Origin: a virus
Lineage: Duplodnaviria > Caudoviricetes
IMG/VR virus record: IMGVR_UViG_3300008266_000398
Span: 1 to 26,639 of that record
Strand: one strand, 5' to 3'
DNA: 26,639 nt
Shown: positions 16,160 to 22,602 of the stretch, piece after piece
Layout: the number at the start of each line of letters is the position of its first letter
Numbering within the stretch: the stretch's first letter is position 1
Notes under the pieces: model-generated
What the model saw: only the letters and a program-made list of their open reading frames with translations
What the model was told of the DNA's origin: nothing
Databases searched by the model: none
Translations under genes and position numbers: made by a program

Positions 16160-18384
16160 GTCATCCTCCGGTTGTCACGGAAAGTCGCCGTGACTTCGGG
16201 GATCTGCGTCTTCTTGGTCGTTGCGGATGTCGTCGCAAGGTCGACACGAAGCTGATGCAGGCGGCCGGTCCGGTTGATGCGGCGCTTGCTGCGGTCGACG
16301 CGGTCTGTGTTGTCTCCTGCAACCGGTGAATGAACCACGACCGCCGTCGCGTCCTGGTTCAGCGATTCGCCATGCGCGGTGCTGATCGCAAGAGACGCGG
16401 TGGCCGGCGTGCCGGAGTCGTAGAGGTTCGTGTGGATCGACATGTCCATCATGCGGGCCTCGCCCTCGATCCCGCTTGCCTGAGCAAGGGATGCCGACGA
16501 CCACGCCCGCAGGCGCGGGCCCGTGCCGGCCGCGTCGGTGGAGTCGGCGTCAGCCAGTGTCTGCGACGCGCGGTTCGTACACTTGGTGCCGGTGATCGTC
16601 GGCGTGAGGTCGATGACCCGACCCTGCCGGTCGTCGCTCACGGCGAAGATCGAGTCGACCTCACCCGGCACGCGCACCGACGCCATGTTGCGGATGCGGG
16701 CGTTGCTCATCCGCGACGTCCACTGCCTCGCCTCGAGGTCGTAGATGAAGGTGCGCTCCGTCGGATTGGAGGAGTCGGGCCCGATCTTGGCTTCACCGGT
16801 GGCGGTGCTGGTCAGTCCGCCAGCAGAGATGATCAGGTGGCCTGCGACCACAGCGGCAGACACATACGAGGTCCCCTGCACATAGCCACGCATGAGCGCC
16901 TGCCACTCGCGCTCAATCCGGCCGCGGCTAATCGGAACGATCTGTCCGCCCGTGTACATGAAGACGCCGTCACGGCCTGCCCAGTAGGCGATGCCGTCGA
17001 CCGATATTGCAGAGCGGAGGTCAATACACCCGGCGCCCGTCGTGAGGATCGTCTGCTCATAGCTGGGATAGGTTCCGTAGATCCCGTACACCGACGCCCC
17101 CTTGAGGACGAGCAGCGGTCCCGGGGTGGGAAGGAGGGCGACAACCGGGTCGGTGTCGTAACGCGATGGGACATCGATGGGAGTAAGGGTGAACTCGTCA
17201 ATGTCTTGGAACCCGTCCATGGGATCCCACGGCTCAACTGCACCCGGCGGTATGCCCATGTTCCAGAGCGGTGGGGCAACGTAGACACGGTTGGGGTACT
17301 GCTTGACGCCCGTACCCCACAACGAGTTCTTGTGGACGGTCGCGTCCTTGAACGGCAAGCGGCGCAGGATTCGGTACTGGGTGTTGTTCACCGACCACGA
17401 CGGGAAGTAGTCGCCGTTGATTGTCGTCGCCGTGTAAGAGTTGACGTTCGTGATGTAGTGATCGCCCCCGTTAGTCGGGTTGATCACAAGTAGCGCGTCC
17501 AGGTAGTCCTTGCTGCTGTCGATGAGGGGAATACCCGAAAGGTTCACGCCCTCAAGGGTGTAGACCGCGCTCGCACGGCTCACGACAGAACCTGTGTCGT
17601 TGATGGATACCCCGGGCCACGCGAAACCCACCGGAAGCACCTTCAGTGAGGAAACGAGAGTCCCATAAGTCGCGGAACCTTGGTTGTTTCTCACCGCCTC
17701 AAGAGTCAGTTGGGATATGAAGGTGTTGCCAGAGATGGTGGAGTTGGCGGTCGCAAGAGCGCGCAAACTCACTTTCGGGATGGGAGCAAATGCACCGAAC
17801 GTCGTCGCGTTCCAACGGTCGACATACACGAATGCCGGAACGTCTGTCGTTGGCGGGAAAGGATCCGGATCTGGGCCAGCAGGCCACGAAACCGATGTGT
17901 TGACTTTGATAGTCGAGGAACCGTTGGGGATGCTGAAAGTCCAGCTCCCTGAGCCCATGTAGCTACTGGCGGACATCTGCGATCCCGAGTAACGAAGGAG
18001 CGGTGTCTCGCCGTCTTGGGCGCAGAAAATGACGTCACCGTTGTACATGCAGCGCGGAATCCACACGGCGCTGGAAGGGGCGCGATCCCTAAAGGCAAGT
18101 GTCCCGGCGGCGGACGCATTGTGGGTCCAGAAGTCACCGTCGGCGTCTGCGGTGATTGTCACTGTGCGACCGGGGATTGGGTACCGCGACCTGTTGACGC
18201 CAACGAGGTTCGCCGCGACGTCGGCCGTGGTCCCGTCATACGACCAGCCCCACCTTTGCTGGGCGATGCCGAAGGGGTAGATCAGATCCTGCGAGTACGC
18301 ACACTCGTTGGGGTTGAGCGCGTAGTCGGGAACGTCGGTCCGGTAGCCGCCGGCAAAGGGTCGTGCGACGACCATCTGCCTCAT
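16156..18384 (-). CDS. Putative tail nozzle/hub protein (P22 gp10 / T7 gp12-like)
   Basis: Start reassigned to ATG 18384 (MRQMVVARPFAGG), 742 aa. It has beta-propeller-like motifs NRVYVA, LLVLKGASVYGIYG, GCIDLRS and YWAGRDGVFMYTGG, and follows the adaptor gene. Confidence 0.72.
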   Translation of the reverse strand: MRQMVVARPFAGGYRTDVPDYALNPNECAYSQDLIYPFGIAQQRWGWSYDGTTADVAANLVGVNRSRYPIPGRTVTITADADGDFWTHNASAAGTLAFRDRAPSSAVWIPRCMYNGDVIFCAQDGETPLLRYSGSQMSASSYMGSGSWTFSIPNGSSTIKVNTSVSWPAGPDPDPFPPTTDVPAFVYVDRWNATTFGAFAPIPKVSLRALATANSTISGNTFISQLTLEAVRNNQGSATYGTLVSSLKVLPVGFAWPGVSINDTGSVVSRASAVYTLEGVNLSGIPLIDSSKDYLDALLVINPTNGGDHYITNVNSYTATTINGDYFPSWSVNNTQYRILRRLPFKDATVHKNSLWGTGVKQYPNRVYVAPPLWNMGIPPGAVEPWDPMDGFQDIDEFTLTPIDVPSRYDTDPVVALLPTPGPLLVLKGASVYGIYGTYPSYEQTILTTGAGCIDLRSAISVDGIAYWAGRDGVFMYTGGQIVPISRGRIEREWQALMRGYVQGTSYVSAAVVAGHLIISAGGLTSTATGEAKIGPDSSNPTERTFIYDLEARQWTSRMSNARIRNMASVRVPGEVDSIFAVSDDRQGRVIDLTPTITGTKCTNRASQTLADADSTDAAGTGPRLRAWSSASLAQASGIEGEARMMDMSIHTNLYDSGTPATASLAISTAHGESLNQDATAVVVHSPVAGDNTDRVDRSKRRINRTGRLHQLRVDLATTSATTKKTQIPEVTATFRDNRRMT

Positions 18385-18385
18385 G

Positions 18386-19084
18386 TCAACCCATCCACAT
18401 CTGACTGCGCCAAGACGGAGAGGCGAGGCGCATCTCAGGCGAGTGCATCGTCGCGCAAACCGCGCGGCAGTCGTTGAACGCCTTCTGGTACTCGCCCGCG
18501 TAGCGGTCGGCCTCAGACGCAGCCTCGCCGCCGCCCTCCTGTCGGAGCAGACGCATGCAGGCGTAGGGAACGACAAGGCGGGTGCGCCACTCAAGGGGCA
18601 TGAGCGGCGTGTCGGAGTCGTTGACCAGCTCGGACTGGTACGCCCGGTAGAAGACGCCGAGGGTGTACGCCTCGTCGGGCTTCGGGTAGAGGCGGATCTT
18701 GGAATCCCAATCAGCCCAGAAGATCGGCTCGCCCGCCTGCTCGTCGTCCTGCGTTCCGTAGGTCACGTTCTCGAGGGCGTCCCACGACATCGACTCAAGG
18801 CGGTATCCGCCGTCCTGGTTGTCCATGACCAGAGACAGGATCTCCGCCATGGTCACGCCGAGGGCGGTCGAAATGGTCGCGTAGGAGTAGACGTCAGCGC
18901 CGACCTGCAGCGTGATCTCGCCTTCGCGCTCAAGCCAGTTCCACGGGTCGCCCGTGAAGGAGACGGCCTGCAGTGCCTCGTTGACGGCGTCCTTCGCGCG
19001 GGCGACGTCGAAGGAGTCAGAGGGGTCGCGGCGCGATCCGTAGATCGCCTTGGTGTAGAGGTCAGCGAAGTCGCCGCTTGCCAC
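18386..19084 (-). CDS. Putative head-to-tail adaptor protein
   Basis: 232 aa with AVNEALQ...WNWL, IRLYPKPD and LVNDSDTPLMPLEW patterns; synteny before the nozzle. Confidence 0.72.
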   Translation of the reverse strand: MASGDFADLYTKAIYGSRRDPSDSFDVARAKDAVNEALQAVSFTGDPWNWLEREGEITLQVGADVYSYATISTALGVTMAEILSLVMDNQDGGYRLESMSWDALENVTYGTQDDEQAGEPIFWADWDSKIRLYPKPDEAYTLGVFYRAYQSELVNDSDTPLMPLEWRTRLVVPYACMRLLRQEGGGEAASEADRYAGEYQKAFNDCRAVCATMHSPEMRLASPSWRSQMWMG

Positions 19085-19560
19085 TACGCGACGTCCTTAG
19101 CAACGGTGATGGGGGCCGCCTGGTGCAAGTCCTTCCGGCGTGCCGTCCAGACGAACTCCTCGGCGTTCGCCATGTTCTTCTCAATCTCGCGCTGGATGCG
19201 GCGGCGCTCATTCGCCTCCCAGACCTTCTCCTGGGTGCGGTGCCACGCCGCCATGTTCTGGATGCGGAACGCATCCGAGGCCCGCTGCTGCTCCAGCACA
19301 CGCGCATCGGGCTCGCCCACAAGGGGCTCGTCTTCAGAGTCCATCAGGCGCTTGGCGATCACCCAGATGGAACCGGTACCGGTCGGGTCGGGGTTGGAGA
19401 TACGCCTCGCCAGACCCAACTGGCCCGAGACATCGTCCCGGGCCAGTTGGGCCTCCGCGTCGTACTCCTGCACCCGAGTGGACACGTTGTGGAGATCCTC
19501 CTCCACGAAACGCCAGTCGGGGAACAGCAGTTCATTGACGGGAGTGCTGGCGAGCTTCAT
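19084..19560 (-). CDS. Hypothetical protein of the head module
   Basis: 158 aa; abuts both neighbours (TAGATG and TAGTG junctions). Confidence 0.7.
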   Translation of the reverse strand: MKLASTPVNELLFPDWRFVEEDLHNVSTRVQEYDAEAQLARDDVSGQLGLARRISNPDPTGTGSIWVIAKRLMDSEDEPLVGEPDARVLEQQRASDAFRIQNMAAWHRTQEKVWEANERRRIQREIEKNMANAEEFVWTARRKDLHQAAPITVAKDVA

Positions 19561-19971
19561 CTAGTAACCGAAAGCGATGAAGTAGGTGGTGATGGTCGAG
19601 AGGTCGGTGGTGTTACCAACCTCTGCCGCGATCCCGGCCGTCTCGGTGAGATTCGGCTGGGCGGCGCTGGACGTCACGCCCGTGGCCCCCGCGGGGACGG
19701 TCACCGCCGGCGCCGCAAGCGACGCCGGGGTGGCCGAACCACCAGTGGGGTAAAACGCCTCGAGCCTCGAGTTGGTGAAGTCGTACTCGAAGATGAGGCC
19801 GCCGTTGGGCGACGCCACGAACGTCTCCACCGAGGACGAGAAGCCGAGGTCACTCTTCGACAGGGACTCGCCCCCCGTGGGGTACGAGGAGTCGAACGTG
19901 ATCGTTCCGGTCTTGACCTTGAGGTAGCGACCGACGGTGTCGGTCTTGTTGATCGTGACGGTGAGTGCCAT
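19561..19971 (-). CDS. Putative capsid decoration/cement protein
   Basis: 136 aa, beta-rich and Thr/Ser-rich (GTITFDSSYPTGGESL); AGGAG RBS; immediately after the capsid gene. Confidence 0.62.
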   Translation of the reverse strand: MALTVTINKTDTVGRYLKVKTGTITFDSSYPTGGESLSKSDLGFSSSVETFVASPNGGLIFEYDFTNSRLEAFYPTGGSATPASLAAPAVTVPAGATGVTSSAAQPNLTETAGIAAEVGNTTDLSTITTYFIAFGY

Positions 19972-19979
19972 CAGGACTC

Positions 19980-21284
19980 CTAGTAGGCCGAAGCCACCTC
20001 GGAGATGTCACCCAGCAGCGCGTGATCGCGAGGCTTGGTCGACATCATGCCGAGGAACCCGTCGAGGTAAGCCACAACGGCAGCCGCGTGGCCCTGACCG
20101 CTGGACGCGTTCTGGAGGAAGAACTCCGAACCGCCCAGGTTGACGAAGTTGAGGAGGTCGCCCGGCTTCGTGTGCTTGGGGCGCACGAACTTCAGCGACG
20201 ACTTCTTCAGCAGGTAGATCGAGTTGCGCGGGCAACGGACGCCGCGGTAAAGCGGCACGCCCAGCATCTCCAGCGGACGGCCGAAGCCGATGTCCGCCGC
20301 ACCGTCCACCGTGTAACGGAGGCCCGGCGTCATGATCTGGTGGTAAGCGGTCCACGAACCCGGCGAGGCGAACGCGGCGTAGTCACCCTGCGGGTGGCGA
20401 CCGCTGCGACGCGCGACCTTGTTCATGGTCTGGTGAATCAGCTCTTCGGTCAGCGGACGGAGCGTCCCCGAGTTGCCGTTCACGATGGCCTGCCAGTACC
20501 CCTTACCGGAAGCGGTACGGTCGATGCCCATGTAGGTGTTGTCGGTCGCGACCAGCGACTTCACGCCCGGGAACTCCAGGCTGTAGAAGGCACCGCCCGA
20601 CGCCCAGGTCCCGCTACGAACGACGACGCCATCCGAGGTGGAGGCGGTCATCGTGGCCGAGCAGGTGAGGACGTTGGTCGACTCGTTGATGTCCGACACG
20701 GTGAAGCCCGTCACCTGCTGGGCGCCAGTCGTGCCGTGGACGACGTCGTAGCGAGCGCGGTTCGCGTCATCGATCCAGATGAAGCGGTCGCGGTCGATCT
20801 GCGACGAGGTCGTGGCGTCGAGCGTGATAGTGCTGCCCGAGTCCGAAGCCACGTTGGCGAGCTTGCCGGAGCCATCGCCCCACGCCTGCCGCTCGATGTC
20901 GGAGGACATGGCCTCCTTGGCGGCGGTCATCTTCTCAGCCATCACCGGGACGGCAGCGGCCTGAGCAGACTCGAGGAGCGCCAGCTCCTCCATGGTGAAC
21001 GACAGAGCGTGCGACAGGTGCGCCAGGTTGAGCTGGGCCTCGTCATACGTCGGGTCCCCGGGGTCGGGGTAGTTGCCACCCTGTGCGATGGTGGCCTGAC
21101 CCAGCGAATCACCGATGCGGAGCTTGATGTAGGACCGACGGCCCTCGACATCGACAGTCACGCGACTGTCGGTGTACGAACCAAGCCACCCCAGAAGGGT
21201 GCCCGGCTCACTCAGAAGCTCGTAGTTGAGCCCCGGGAGCCAGATGTCCTTGGCGAATGCGCTGGATGCCGAATAAAGCGACAT
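19980..21284 (-). CDS. Major capsid protein
   Basis: 434 aa, AAGGAG RBS, position after the scaffold. It has the HK97-type spine helix (MSSDIERQAWGDGSG), YMGIDRT...YWQA and C-terminal STKPRDHALLGDI patterns. Confidence 0.85.
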   Translation of the reverse strand: MSLYSASSAFAKDIWLPGLNYELLSEPGTLLGWLGSYTDSRVTVDVEGRRSYIKLRIGDSLGQATIAQGGNYPDPGDPTYDEAQLNLAHLSHALSFTMEELALLESAQAAAVPVMAEKMTAAKEAMSSDIERQAWGDGSGKLANVASDSGSTITLDATTSSQIDRDRFIWIDDANRARYDVVHGTTGAQQVTGFTVSDINESTNVLTCSATMTASTSDGVVVRSGTWASGGAFYSLEFPGVKSLVATDNTYMGIDRTASGKGYWQAIVNGNSGTLRPLTEELIHQTMNKVARRSGRHPQGDYAAFASPGSWTAYHQIMTPGLRYTVDGAADIGFGRPLEMLGVPLYRGVRCPRNSIYLLKKSSLKFVRPKHTKPGDLLNFVNLGGSEFFLQNASSGQGHAAAVVAYLDGFLGMMSTKPRDHALLGDISEVASAY

Positions 21285-21305
21285 CTAGGTATCTCCTTGA
21301 ACGAA

Positions 21306-21351
21306 AGGACGGGGAAGCGAGACTTGTGTCCCGCGTATTCCGCACCGTCCT
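21306..21351 (-). promoter_or_regulatory. Long bulged hairpin in the capsid 5' UTR
   Basis: mRNA sense AGGACGG-ugc-GGAA-uac-GCGGGAC-acaa-GUCUCGC-UUCC-CCGUCCU ends 7 nt before the AAGGAG RBS. The G-U pair works only on the minus strand. Confidence 0.6.
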
Positions 21352-21421
21352 CCCGGGGAACTTTGCCCACCCGCCGGAGCCGACCGCCGTGCGCTTTAAC
21401 TATACCTAATTGCGCCGGGGG

Positions 21422-21453
21422 AAAATAGGAAGGGCTCCCGAAGGAGCCCTTCC
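21422..21453 (-). terminator. Intrinsic terminator between scaffold and capsid genes
   Basis: Perfect 11-bp stem GGAAGGGCTCC-TTCG-GGAGCCCTTCC (cUUCGg loop) followed by TATTTT. Confidence 0.8.
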
Positions 21454-21504
21454 CCCACCAACCAACCCCTTGACCGGAGGTGAGACGCAAGCGCCTCGCC
21501 CGCG

Positions 21505-21533
21505 ATATTACGGATAGGGCTGCGTAAGCGCAA
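21505..21533 (-). promoter_or_regulatory. Housekeeping-sigma-type promoter
   Basis: TTGCGC(21533-21528)-N17-TAATAT(21510-21505), overlapped by the inverted repeat TAGGGCTGCG-TAAG-CGCAACCCTA (21515-21538). Confidence 0.65.
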
Positions 21534-21535
21534 CC

Positions 21536-22345
21536 CTACTGACCGAAGCGATTCTCCATCATGTTGGCGGCCTCGGCCAGCGACCGGGGAGGCTGATCCG
21601 GCGACGCGGCCATGCCCCCGGGCGAGAAGGTCTGGGGAACCTGCTGCTGCTGGCTTGCCATGGACGCGAGGGCGTTGCGGCGCCACTCATCGAAGTCCTT
21701 GTACGCCTGGTCGATGGCCTGCGACATCGGAACGCCCGGCTGGACGTACTCAGCGGCGCGAGGCGCGATGAACGACATATCGGAGTCGTTCAAGTTGTAC
21801 TGGCCCTTGATCGCGTCCATCGAGCGCGTGAACTCCTCAACCTGAGCGCGCTCCTCGTACTGCTGCTCAAGCTGCTGCTGGAACTGCTGAAGCTCACCAC
21901 GGATGTCCTGCTGCCATGCGTTACGAAGCTGGTACGGGTCGACGCCCTGCGCGGCCGCCTGCGCGTAGTCCTGCTCGGTGTAGCCGTAGTGGTCGGGCTG
22001 ACCGTAGGGCTCCTGACCGTAGGGATCCATCCCCGGCTGCATGAACGGGTCCTGACGCATCTGCCATGCCTGCTGGATCGCCTCCTTGGCATCCTGCCAG
22101 GTCATGCCATCGGGGAGTTCATTCCCCTGCAGCATGCGCTCCATCATGTAGTCGCGGGTGTCGCGGTTGCCCAGCGCCTGCCAGCCGTCGTATGCCTGGC
22201 GGACGTCATACGGGTTCACCTCATCCGGCTGCCAGCCGGCCTGCTGCCACGGCTCCCACGGGTTGTTCTGAGGCTGTGCCTCGGCCTCAGGCTGCGGCGG
22301 GACGGGCTCTCCGCCCTCGAATCCCGGGTGATAATCGGTACTCAC
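21536..22345 (-). CDS. Putative capsid scaffolding protein
   Basis: 269 aa, acidic and Gln/Pro-rich with a coiled-coil; lies between portal and capsid. Confidence 0.75.
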   Translation of the reverse strand: MSTDYHPGFEGGEPVPPQPEAEAQPQNNPWEPWQQAGWQPDEVNPYDVRQAYDGWQALGNRDTRDYMMERMLQGNELPDGMTWQDAKEAIQQAWQMRQDPFMQPGMDPYGQEPYGQPDHYGYTEQDYAQAAAQGVDPYQLRNAWQQDIRGELQQFQQQLEQQYEERAQVEEFTRSMDAIKGQYNLNDSDMSFIAPRAAEYVQPGVPMSQAIDQAYKDFDEWRRNALASMASQQQQVPQTFSPGGMAASPDQPPRSLAEAANMMENRFGQ

Positions 22346-22599
22346 TAGTACGTCTCCTCGTTGTCGTCATCGGAGTCCACGAACTCGTCGGGATTCACGG
22401 TGTGCGGTGCGTCCTCCATGCGGGGAGGATCGACGTCGGGAAGGGGGATCTCCTCGTAGATGATCATCCCCGCCTTGGCGAGGTTCTCCCTGATCTCACG
22501 CGGGTAGAGGAGGCCACGGTCAGCGACCTCAAGGATTGCCGCGACCTCCTTGGAGAAGCCCTGCTCGAAGCCTGTGATCACTTCGATCTCGTTTGACAT
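22345..22599 (-). CDS. Small acidic hypothetical protein
   Basis: 84 aa; TAGTG overlap with the scaffold gene and 3 nt after the portal stop. Confidence 0.7.
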   Translation of the reverse strand: MSNEIEVITGFEQGFSKEVAAILEVADRGLLYPREIRENLAKAGMIIYEEIPLPDVDPPRMEDAPHTVNPDEFVDSDDDNEETY

Positions 22600-22602
22600 C
22601 GC

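Noticed and set aside
14670-18594. Track start positions 15698 and 18594 (likewise 3051, 4902, 4852, 5599 and 6090 elsewhere)
   Set aside because: They create long overlaps with neighbouring genes or control regions. Downstream starts with an RBS or stop-start coupling fit better.
19972-19990. Programmed frameshift or read-through extending the capsid into the decoration gene
   Set aside because: The next gene is out of frame, read-through meets TGA after two codons, no slippery heptamer is visible, and the downstream gene has its own RBS.
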